A stretch of DNA of 64,000 nucleotides from Vicinamibacteria bacterium (lineage in GTDB: Bacteria; Acidobacteriota; Vicinamibacteria; Marinacidobacterales; Marinacidobacteraceae). Of this stretch, positions 35,151 through 43,574 are shown in pieces. The stretch covers positions 160,001 through 224,000 of the forward strand of contig OZ219815.1 of assembly GCA_964291235.2 (NCBI GenBank), written 5' to 3'. Every line of letters starts with the position of its first letter. Position 1 is the stretch's first letter. The position numbers were made by a program, and so were the translations under genes. A model generated the notes under the pieces. It ran no database searches. It was not told the origin of the DNA and saw only the letters and a list, made by a program, of their open reading frames with translations.

Positions 35151-36884
35151 TCATGGTGTCCCGGGCAGAGTACCCGACGGGAGTCCCATGCCCTTCGCCG
35201 CCTCCGGAAGTTCCAGCCGGTAGAGCGGCAGGGCGTCCACCCGGCGGATGATTTCCGCCTCGACATCGCGGAAACCCTCACCCCGCACCCCGCCGAATTC
35301 GGCTTCCAGCCGGGCGGCGCTCAGACCCTCGGGCAGACCTGAATTGCGTGGCGCGAGATCGTCCTCCCGCACCCCGTTCGCGAGCTGCGCCTGCATCCAG
35401 CGGGCGCCGGCCCGGTCCCGGGTCGCCACGAGCCCGAAGCGGGTTCCTGCCTCGTCCATAAGCAGATCGGCGAAGGAGAACCCGGTGCCGCCGGCCGCGG
35501 CATCGAGCTGTTCCTTCAGGAGTCCGGCTCCCTCGGAGACGTCTGGCGCCACCTGCACGATGCCGGCGCTCAGGAAGAAGTGGCGCGCCCAATCGCGACG
35601 CCCATGCAGGCTGAGCGGGAGACGGTCCAACAGACCGCGGGCTTCCTCGGCGCCGCCGGGGACCCGGGCCAGATCGAGCAGCGAGGGATGCCCGAAAGCA
35701 CCCCCGAGAGCCAGGAGCGCCGCCCGATTCTCGGCAACGGCGTCGCCGCCCACCGATCGGACCGCAGCCAGCGCGAACGTGCGCTGCAGCACCGCGGCGG
35801 TCCGGTCGGGCGCTTCCCGCAGGAGGTCCGCCTCACGGGCCAGCAGGGTGAGGTATCCGCCCACCCGGGAATGGACACCCGCGGCCGCCTCCCCGCCTTC
35901 CGTCCAGCGCACGACGATGGTCGAATCCGCGACGCGCACCTCATCGAAGGGCGCCAGCAGTACCCCTACCGCGGCATTGCGACGAAGCCAGCTCGAGAGC
36001 ATTCGCGAAGAAGATCGAACGACTACCGCTGGCGCCCCGAAGCCTCCGACCCGCAGCGAGCGGAACCCGACCCAAAATTCTCCGCCCTGGACCATCGGCT
36101 GGGCGATTGCGGAAATGTTCAGGAAGCGTTCTCCGAACACCGGAATCGTGACGGGGAGCGATCCCGCGATTTCCATCGAATCGCCGGCGGGCTGCGCGTG
36201 GACCCGGACCTCGGGATCCACGCCGACGGCGGCGAGCGCCAGCCGAAATCCGGCGGCAAAGGTCGCCGCGTTCAGGGTTGCCTCCGAACCGGGCGCCCCG
36301 TCCCGATAGAAATGGGTGAACGCCTCCCGGTACTGCCCGTCCGGGGATCCGGGCGGGCCGATGGGATCGGTTGCCGCAACCCGGTCGGTGAGCAGCAGGA
36401 GCAACACGGCCACCGCCGCCAGCAGGATCGCCGCCATGGCGATGAGCGCCGGAATCAGCAGCAGCGCCGAGCCGAACCCCCGGACCAGCACGGCGCCGAA
36501 CAGCACGCCGACGAACATCCCGGTGAGTGGGGCGAGGAGCGTCGCGAGTCCGGGAACGGCGAAGCTCTCGAACACCCGCCAGGGGGCGGCGTCCGGCGCG
36601 GCAATCACGAGCACCGTGACCACCGCTCCGACGAGCAGGGAAGGGAAAAGAACCAGAAAGAAACCGGTGACCACGCCCCGCACCCGGGGTAGGACCAGCG
36701 GAATGAGGATTCCGAGGGGCAAGAACCAAAGCCCCTGCCGGGACAATCCGTAGGCGAGCGAGCCGAAGTCGGATCCGGGGAAAGAGCCATCGGGTCCCCG
36801 CGCCGCCACGAACCAGCCGTAGCCGAGCAGGGCAGCGGCAGCCGCCAGGTTATGGAGGCCGATCCGGGAGCGCTCTTCCGTCAT
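35151..36884 (-). CDS. Conserved hypothetical membrane protein (VanZ-like N-terminus)
   Basis: N-terminal TMs with FLPLGIL; C-terminal RDWARHFFLSA, KEQLDA..GGTGFSFADL..D.AG.RFG, LPEGL. Confidence 0.65.
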   Translation of the reverse strand: MTEERSRIGLHNLAAAAALLGYGWFVAARGPDGSFPGSDFGSLAYGLSRQGLWFLPLGILIPLVLPRVRGVVTGFFLVLFPSLLVGAVVTVLVIAAPDAAPWRVFESFAVPGLATLLAPLTGMFVGVLFGAVLVRGFGSALLLIPALIAMAAILLAAVAVLLLLLTDRVAATDPIGPPGSPDGQYREAFTHFYRDGAPGSEATLNAATFAAGFRLALAAVGVDPEVRVHAQPAGDSMEIAGSLPVTIPVFGERFLNISAIAQPMVQGGEFWVGFRSLRVGGFGAPAVVVRSSSRMLSSWLRRNAAVGVLLAPFDEVRVADSTIVVRWTEGGEAAAGVHSRVGGYLTLLAREADLLREAPDRTAAVLQRTFALAAVRSVGGDAVAENRAALLALGGAFGHPSLLDLARVPGGAEEARGLLDRLPLSLHGRRDWARHFFLSAGIVQVAPDVSEGAGLLKEQLDAAAGGTGFSFADLLMDEAGTRFGLVATRDRAGARWMQAQLANGVREDDLAPRNSGLPEGLSAARLEAEFGGVRGEGFRDVEAEIIRRVDALPLYRLELPEAAKGMGLPSGTLPGTP

Positions 36885-36890
36885 GCGGAA

Positions 36891-39800
36891 TCAGCGCGGG
36901 GCTCCCCGCGCCTCGGCGAGCGCCTGCCAGAACGGCGGGAGCTGTTCGTCCATCAGCCGGCGGTACTCCGTGCGGGCGGTCTCGAAGCGCTCCGTCAGCA
37001 TCTCGTGAACTTCGCGCTGCTGATCCGTCGGCGCGAAGTCCGCCCCGTCCCAGCCGGCGTCGTTCGCGAGGGCGCCGAGGCGGCCGTAGAGGCGCATGGG
37101 CGCGCGGAAAGCGTCCTCCCGGGCTCCGGTGAGCCCTACGTCGAAGAGGCGACCCTCAATGGCAACGGCCGTTCCGGCGATCTCCCCGGCGCTCTCGAGC
37201 AGCGCCTTGAATCGCTCGTCGCCGGCGTGGCGTTCCTGGAGTCCTTCGATCTCCCGGCGCACCCACTCGAGTTCATCCACCATCTCCGCCAGCTCGTTCA
37301 ACTGGGCGTGAATCGCGTCCAGAAACTCGTACTTTTGCCGGATGTCGTCGGCATTGGCGACGGATGCCGGATCCGCCTCCACCCGGAGCGTGGTTTCGGC
37401 GGAGTGCTCGCCCACGGTGACGCGCGCGGTGTAGGACCCCGGGGGCTGCAAAAGCCCGCGGTAGCCGGGGAAGATGTCGAGGTCCCAGGTCCGGATGCGG
37501 CGCTCCCCCTCTTCTCCCATCTGCACCCAATCCCGCTCCGGCGGCCGGGTGCGGAGCGTGGCCCGATCGGGCGTCTCGCCGCGGAGGTCCCAGTGGACCC
37601 GTGAGAGGCCGGCGGTTCCGGGTCCCCGCAAGGTGCGGATCACCTTGCCATCACCGTCGAGAATGGTGATCTCGGCGCCGGCGCCCGCCGCGTCCTCATC
37701 CAGCCACCACGAGATCGGCGCTCCGTAGGGAGCGTTCCGGCCGGTCACCAGGCTGCCGGGTTCGGACTTGATCGTTTGCCGGGGAAGAAATCTCCAGGCC
37801 GCGGGCGCATCGAAGACCCGGAGCTCCTCGTCCGAGACCTCGGCGAGCCCGCGGAGCGGCCCGATGCCGTCCAGGATGTAGAAGCCGCGTCCATAGGTCG
37901 CGACCACCAGGTCCTCGAAACGTTCCTGGACGACCATCCCGTAGATGGGAGCGGGCGGCATCCCGAGTTGGAGGGAAAACCAGGAGGCGCCGTCGTCGAG
38001 GCTGGCCCAGACCCGGTTGTCGGTACCCGCGAAGAGGAGGCCGGCACGCACGGGATCCTCCCGCACGATGTGGACGAACGAGAACGGGGACTCCCGGATC
38101 CCGCCGCCGATCCGCTCCCAGTTCTCGCCGAGGTCCCGGGTCCGGAAGATGTGCGGGCGGAAGTCTCCCGACTGGTGCCAACTCACCGCCAGGTAGGCCG
38201 TTTCCGGATCGTGGTGGGAAGGCTCGATGAACTTGACCCAGCCGTCCTGGTCGAGCCCGGGCACGTTCGCGCTGCGGTCGAGCCAGGTGTCGCCGCCGTC
38301 CGTCGTCACATGGACCTTCCCGTCCACGCTACCGGCCCAGAGCTGGCCGGCCCGGAGCGGTGACTCCGCGAGGGCGAAGAGGACGGACCCGTCGAAGGTG
38401 TAGAGGTTGTCGATGGTGACGCCCCCGGAATCCTGCTGGCGGGACTTGTCGTCGGTGGTCAGGTCGGGACTGACCGTCTCCCACGATTGGCCCCGGTTCC
38501 GGCTCCGGTGGACGAACTGGCTCCCGACCCAGGTGGTTCCCGGTTCGTGACGGGAAAGGACCATGGGGAAGTTCCAGTGCCAGCGCACCTTCAGATCGGC
38601 GGGGGCCCAGCCGTATCCGGCTTCCGGCCACACCCGGACGTCGCGGACGTGTCCGGTCCGGTCGTCGTAGATCTCGAGGCCGCCGTCGTAACACCCCGAC
38701 CAGACGACGTTGTCGTCGTGGGGCTCCGGGGTGGCCCAGCCGCTCTCGCAGCCTCCGACCCCGTGCCAGAGCCCGAGCGGGATCCCGCCGCCCGGCGTGC
38801 GGCTGGGTCCCCGGTAGGAGTAGCCGTCCTGGCGGTTCCCGTAGACCCGGTAGGGGATCCGGTCGTCCACGGTGACGTGGTACATCTGGGCGACCGGGGG
38901 GACCACCCGGCGCCAGCTCTCGCCGCGGTTCTCGGAGATGCTGCCGCCCCCGTCGTGTCCGACGAGGATGCGCTCCGGCATCCACGGGTCCACCCAGACG
39001 TCGTGGTTGTCGCCGCCCGCGCGGTACGAGGTTTCGATCAGCGTGCGGCCGCCGTCCACGGTGGTGCTGAAGAGCACCGAAGCGAAATAGACGCGGTCGG
39101 CGTTCGCCGAATCGATCGCGATGCGGACGTAGTAGGGCGCGCGTTCGGCGAGATCGTGGTGGGTCATCATGAGGCGCCAGGAGTCCCCACCATCGTCGGA
39201 GCGATAGAACCCGGGGCTCTCGTCCTCGATCAGGGCATACCAGCGGTCGGGGTCGCTGGGGGCGATCCCGACGGCGACCTTGCCGATGGGATGGGCTTCC
39301 CCGCCGGGGAGGCCCCGGCCGCCCTCTCCGCCGTCGGATCTCTCGCCCGAAATCCGCTCCCAGGACTCGCCCCCGTCGCTTGAGCGGTACATCCCGCTGC
39401 CCGGGCCCCCGCTCCGGAGGCCACCGGTGTCGATCTGGAGCTGCCACATCCCGGCGAGCAGCCGCTCGGGATGGCGAAGATCCATGGCGAGGTCGGAACA
39501 GCCGGTGTTCTCGTCCACGTGGAGGACCAACTCCCAGTTGGCGCCGCCGTCCCGGGTTCGATAGACCCCGCGCTCGGGCTGCGGCGCATAGGAGTGGCCG
39601 AGGGCGCAGGCGTAGACGAGGTTCGGGTCCTCGGGATGCACCAGGATGCGGGCGATGCGCCCGGTGGCTTCGAGGCCCCGATGGTGGAAGGAACGGCCGC
39701 CGTCGGTGGAACGGTAGATGCCGTTCCCCATCGCGAGCGCCGGCCGGATGATGAACGTCTCTCCGGTGCCGGCCCAGACCTGGCCGGGGTGCGACGGCGA

Positions 39801-40103
39801 GACCGCGAGCGCGCTGATCGAGGCCGCTTCCTGGTCGTCGAAGACCGGCTCCCAGGTGACCCCGCGGTCGCTCGTCTTCCAGATGCCTCCCGAGGCGGCG
39901 CCGAAGTAGATGACATCGGGGTTGCCCCACTCGCCGGCGGCGGCGCTCAGCCGGTTCCCGTCGGGACCGATGGTCCGCCAGGTGAGCCCCCCGAGCCGGG
40001 AAGGCTCGATCGTGCCTGGCTGGGCGGTGGCTACTGCCGGGAGGCTCAGCACGAGGCCCGGAACCAGAGCGAGGGTGAGACAGGCGGAGAGTCGGTCCGG
40101 CAT
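36891..40103 (-). CDS. Secreted BNR/Asp-box repeat (VPS10/Ycf48-like) glycosyl hydrolase-like protein
   Basis: WRTIGP..GNR; many S.DGG.TW Asp-boxes; DLVVATYGRGFYILD; C-terminal helical domain. Confidence 0.88.
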   Translation of the reverse strand: MPDRLSACLTLALVPGLVLSLPAVATAQPGTIEPSRLGGLTWRTIGPDGNRLSAAAGEWGNPDVIYFGAASGGIWKTSDRGVTWEPVFDDQEAASISALAVSPSHPGQVWAGTGETFIIRPALAMGNGIYRSTDGGRSFHHRGLEATGRIARILVHPEDPNLVYACALGHSYAPQPERGVYRTRDGGANWELVLHVDENTGCSDLAMDLRHPERLLAGMWQLQIDTGGLRSGGPGSGMYRSSDGGESWERISGERSDGGEGGRGLPGGEAHPIGKVAVGIAPSDPDRWYALIEDESPGFYRSDDGGDSWRLMMTHHDLAERAPYYVRIAIDSANADRVYFASVLFSTTVDGGRTLIETSYRAGGDNHDVWVDPWMPERILVGHDGGGSISENRGESWRRVVPPVAQMYHVTVDDRIPYRVYGNRQDGYSYRGPSRTPGGGIPLGLWHGVGGCESGWATPEPHDDNVVWSGCYDGGLEIYDDRTGHVRDVRVWPEAGYGWAPADLKVRWHWNFPMVLSRHEPGTTWVGSQFVHRSRNRGQSWETVSPDLTTDDKSRQQDSGGVTIDNLYTFDGSVLFALAESPLRAGQLWAGSVDGKVHVTTDGGDTWLDRSANVPGLDQDGWVKFIEPSHHDPETAYLAVSWHQSGDFRPHIFRTRDLGENWERIGGGIRESPFSFVHIVREDPVRAGLLFAGTDNRVWASLDDGASWFSLQLGMPPAPIYGMVVQERFEDLVVATYGRGFYILDGIGPLRGLAEVSDEELRVFDAPAAWRFLPRQTIKSEPGSLVTGRNAPYGAPISWWLDEDAAGAGAEITILDGDGKVIRTLRGPGTAGLSRVHWDLRGETPDRATLRTRPPERDWVQMGEEGERRIRTWDLDIFPGYRGLLQPPGSYTARVTVGEHSAETTLRVEADPASVANADDIRQKYEFLDAIHAQLNELAEMVDELEWVRREIEGLQERHAGDERFKALLESAGEIAGTAVAIEGRLFDVGLTGAREDAFRAPMRLYGRLGALANDAGWDGADFAPTDQQREVHEMLTERFETARTEYRRLMDEQLPPFWQALAEARGAPR

Positions 40104-40251
40104 GCTACGGAGACGCTAACACCACCGGATCCGGGACAGGGCCTGGTGAGCCATACCGTGACGAACGCGACGGCCCGATACACAGCACCGCGTCGGCTGC
40201 CGCGGCGCCCCCTCCGGTACGATGGACAAACTCGCTTGGCGGAGGGAAACC

Positions 40252-41967
40252 ATGAAGAGATTTTCCGGGACAGCGCTCTTGATGACGGCGGCATGCCTTC
40301 TGGCCCCGTCCGCTCTGGCACAGCCCGCCTACGACGTGCTGCTCGTCGGCGGCATGGTGTTCGACGGAGGCGGCAACCCGGCGGTCCGGGCCGATGTCGG
40401 CATCCGGGGTGACGAGGTAGTCGCCATCGGGCGCCTGGCCGGCAAGGAGGGCCACGACGCCGCCCGGACCATCAACGTCACCGGTCTGTACGTAGCTCCC
40501 GGCTGGGTGGACCTCCACTCCCACGCCGACCGGTCGCTGGCCGGCGACAACATGGAGGAGCGAAGGGCGGTGAACCTGGTCGCCCAGGGCATCACCACCG
40601 TGGTGATGGGCGCCGACGGCCGGAACCCCGTCTGGCCGATCCGCGACGAGATCGCCGCCTACGAGAGCCAGGGAGTGGGCCTCAACGTGGTGCCGGTGGT
40701 GGGGCACTCCACCGTGCGCCTCCAGGTCATGGGCGACGACCACGAACGGCCCGCCACCGAAGACGAGGTGGCGCGGATGGCTGACCTCGTCCGCGAGGGC
40801 ATGGAGGACGGCGCCTGGGGTCTCGGGGCCGGTCCCGAGTACCGCCCGGCCCGCTTCTCGGAGACGAGCGAGATCATTGCGCTGGGGCACGTGATCGCCG
40901 ACTACGACGGGTTCTACTACTCGCACCAGCGGAGCCAGTCGCCGATGCCCCGCTGGCAGGTGCCGAGCATCGTGGACGGGCCGACCCTTACCGGGACCGA
41001 AGGGATGGCGGAAACCATCCAGATCGGCCGCGAGACCGGAATCCGGGTGGTCGGAACCCACATCAAGGCCAAGGGGCCGTCGAGCTGGGGCCATTCGGCG
41101 AAGGACGTGCAGGCGATCAACCTCGCGCGGGCGCAGGGGGTCCAGGTCTATCTGGACCAGTACCCGTTCGAGACCTTCGGCGGCGGCCCGGTGGGGGTGA
41201 TCCCCGTCTGGGGCTTCGCGCCTCCGGGAACCGACCGCTCCGGCGGACTCGATGATCCGAAGTGGCGGCGGACTCCGGGGCTCCTGAGTCTCGAGAACCT
41301 GGAGGCCAACCTCGCCGACGAGGCGACCCGCGCCGAACTGATGATGGACCTCGAGCAGCAGATCGACCTGTTCGGGGGCGCCAACCGGCTGATCGTCGTG
41401 CTTTTCCCGGAGGATCCGTCGCTCGTCGGGAAGACGGTGGCCACGGTGGCAGCGGACAGCGGCAAGAGCGTCGCCGAGACGCTGATCGACTTCGCCCGCA
41501 CAGGGAACGAGGAAATGCTCCACGGGGTGCTGATCCGCCCGATCGCGGGAGACCGGTTCGACGTGGAGACCTACATGGCGCAGGACTACACCGCGACGTC
41601 CACGGACGCCGGCATCGCGCTCGAGGCTTCTCCCGGGCGGCATCCCCGTTACTGGGGCAGCTACACGCGCAAGATCGCCCACTACACCCGCGACCGGGGA
41701 CTCATCACCCTGCCCTTCATGGTGCGTTCGTCCACCAGCCTGCCGGCCGCCATCGTGGGCATGACGGACCGCGGCTGCCTGCGGGTCGGCTGCAAGGCCG
41801 ACGTCGTGACGTTCGACTACGACCGAGTGGAAGACAACGCGACCATCATGAATCCGGACGGTCCCGTGGTGGGGATGCCCTGGGTGCTCGTCAACGGCCA
41901 GGTCGCGATCGAGAACGGCCAGGCCACCGGAGCGCTCGCGGGCGTAGTCATCAAGCGCGGCGAGTAG
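40252..41967 (+). CDS. N-acyl-D-amino-acid deacylase (D-aminoacylase) family amidohydrolase
   Basis: VAPGWVDLHSH, THIK, DQYP, STD, HPRYWG, DRG.L.VG..AD; GGAGG before ATG40252. Confidence 0.88.
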   Translation: MKRFSGTALLMTAACLLAPSALAQPAYDVLLVGGMVFDGGGNPAVRADVGIRGDEVVAIGRLAGKEGHDAARTINVTGLYVAPGWVDLHSHADRSLAGDNMEERRAVNLVAQGITTVVMGADGRNPVWPIRDEIAAYESQGVGLNVVPVVGHSTVRLQVMGDDHERPATEDEVARMADLVREGMEDGAWGLGAGPEYRPARFSETSEIIALGHVIADYDGFYYSHQRSQSPMPRWQVPSIVDGPTLTGTEGMAETIQIGRETGIRVVGTHIKAKGPSSWGHSAKDVQAINLARAQGVQVYLDQYPFETFGGGPVGVIPVWGFAPPGTDRSGGLDDPKWRRTPGLLSLENLEANLADEATRAELMMDLEQQIDLFGGANRLIVVLFPEDPSLVGKTVATVAADSGKSVAETLIDFARTGNEEMLHGVLIRPIAGDRFDVETYMAQDYTATSTDAGIALEASPGRHPRYWGSYTRKIAHYTRDRGLITLPFMVRSSTSLPAAIVGMTDRGCLRVGCKADVVTFDYDRVEDNATIMNPDGPVVGMPWVLVNGQVAIENGQATGALAGVVIKRGE

Positions 41968-41981
41968 TCGTTCGGGGCGGG

Positions 41982-42013
41982 CGGCTGCCCCCGGCCCGCT
42001 CCGGGGGCAGCCG
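41982..42013. terminator. 13-bp GC stem-loop after the D-aminoacylase gene
   Basis: cggctgcccccgg-cccgct-ccgggggcagccg; no strong U-tract. Confidence 0.45.
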
Positions 42014-42035
42014 GCCCCCTGCGACAGCGCGTTCT

Positions 42036-42068
42036 CCTTACGATGATATGCTAACAGTAAGGTAACAG
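42036..42068 (+). promoter_or_regulatory. Toxin-antitoxin promoter/operator
   Basis: Inverted repeat CCTTAC...GTAAGG around a TATGCT -10-like box, directly upstream of the antitoxin RBS. Confidence 0.5.
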
Positions 42069-42079
42069 GAGATCGCAAA

Positions 42080-42322
42080 ATGCTGGTCAAAGTCACGTCG
42101 AAACGCCAGGTGACCTTTCCGGCGCGCGTGTTGGACGCTTTGGGCGCGAAGCCGGGCGACCGGCTCCTACTCGAAGAAACTGCGGAGGGTTTCCTCCTCT
42201 GCCCACGGCGGATTGACGCCGGCCGCCTGGCGCCCCTTCGCAAGAAACTCCGGCGCGGTCAAGGAAGTTTCGACGTCCACACCTTCTGCGAAGAACCACA
42301 TGACCCGTCACTTCGGGATTGA
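42080..42322 (+). CDS. vapB: AbrB/MazE/SpoVT-type antitoxin
   Basis: VKVTSKRQVTFP...LGAKPGD; 80 aa; overlaps the downstream PIN gene. Confidence 0.88.
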   Translation: MLVKVTSKRQVTFPARVLDALGAKPGDRLLLEETAEGFLLCPRRIDAGRLAPLRKKLRRGQGSFDVHTFCEEPHDPSLRD

Positions 42323-42698
42323 CACCTCCGTTCTCGTCAGGCTGCTCACCGGAGATCCGCCAGCGGAGTTTGACCGCTGCGCCAACGCCCTCCGGCATCT
42401 GATCGAGGCCGAGGACGCAGTGATACTGGCCTCGAATCAGGTCATCGGCGAGGCGTACATCGCCGTCCAGCACCACTACGGCGTATCGCGGGCCGACGCT
42501 CGCTCCGGTCTGCTGGATGTGCTGCAGAGCGGTCTCGTGGGAGCCTTGAACGGTCGTCCCGTCTTGACGGCTATTGAGGCATCCGATTCTCCCGGGCTCA
42601 TGGATCGGCTGATCACGGACGACTACGCGAGCAACTCGCTCGAGGTGCTGATGCTCGACCGCCGAATGGCTTCTCTCCCGTCCGCTCGCCTCTTGTAG
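42300..42698 (+). CDS. vapC: PIN-domain toxin
   Basis: IDTSVLVR, VIGEAY, LMDRLI, MLDRR acidic tetrad intact; ATG42300. Confidence 0.88.
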   Translation: MTRHFGIDTSVLVRLLTGDPPAEFDRCANALRHLIEAEDAVILASNQVIGEAYIAVQHHYGVSRADARSGLLDVLQSGLVGALNGRPVLTAIEASDSPGLMDRLITDDYASNSLEVLMLDRRMASLPSARLL

Positions 42699-42784
42699 TC
42701 CGACTCGTACCCGCGAAACTCGAGAAATCACCGACGGGACGACGCTTCTTCCGTTCACCCTGCGCTTTGGTAGAGGGGCCCGAC

Positions 42785-43225
42785 ATGAGCCAAACCACAA
42801 GATTCCTTGCCGCGTTCGTCGTCTACACGGTCATCGACCTGGCGTGGAGCATGTCGCCTCCAGCGGGGGCCATGTATGCGAACCTGCACGAGGCCAGCGG
42901 CAACGACTGGAGCTTCGGGAAACCGATGGAAACCTGGGGCGGTGTCGAGCTGGTTGCGCTGGTGGTGTTTTTCGCGCTGATCGCGCTCGCGAACAGCCAC
43001 CTGGCGATCGGGCCCGCCATCCGGGAGCGGAACCTCCAGCGGGCGATGAAGAACGGGTTCCTGCTGGGCTGCGCGGCCTACGCCACCTACGTCGTGCCGA
43101 TCTTCATGAGCATCGCCAACTGGCCGGCGGCCCTCATTCCCATCGACATCCTGACCGGGGGACTGCTGAGTCTCATCACCTCGGGGATCGTCACCTGGTG
43201 GGCGCTGCGCCGCCAGAGCGCCTGA
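42785..43225 (+). CDS. DUF2177-like membrane protein
   Basis: Four TMs; IDLAW, GFLLG..AYATY, NWP....IDI..G. Confidence 0.7.
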   Translation: MSQTTRFLAAFVVYTVIDLAWSMSPPAGAMYANLHEASGNDWSFGKPMETWGGVELVALVVFFALIALANSHLAIGPAIRERNLQRAMKNGFLLGCAAYATYVVPIFMSIANWPAALIPIDILTGGLLSLITSGIVTWWALRRQSA

Positions 43226-43289
43226 AGACGAACCGGCCGGCGTACGGTCTTCGACGAGCCTGCCCGCGGCGATCGTCGGGATGACGGGA

Positions 43290-43521
43290 GCGATGCCGGC
43301 CGGAGGCTGGCGGTCCTGAACCTGCGGGACATCGTCCCTGGCGGGAGCTACTCCGAGACGAGGACCACCCGCGAGTGTGAGGGTCCGTCCCGCCGCCCCG
43401 CTTTGCGGGGCTATGCCGGCCTGGAGGCCGGCGTTCCCGTGCCGTGGCGCCGCAGGGCTGATGGGCAATGGGACTTTCGCGGTCCTGCAGACCGCGATGC
43501 CGGCCGGAGGCCGGCGGTCCC
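43290..43521. repeat. Cluster of three REP-like palindromes
   Basis: ATGCCGGCC(T/G)GGAGGC(C/T)GGCG-type copies at 43290-43316, within 43381-43460 and at 43494-43521; same family as 47799 and 51677. Confidence 0.75.
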
Positions 43522-43574
43522 AAAGCCCTGACCGGGCAGGCCCTGACGGACCTGCCCGGAGGGAAGTTGCTTCG

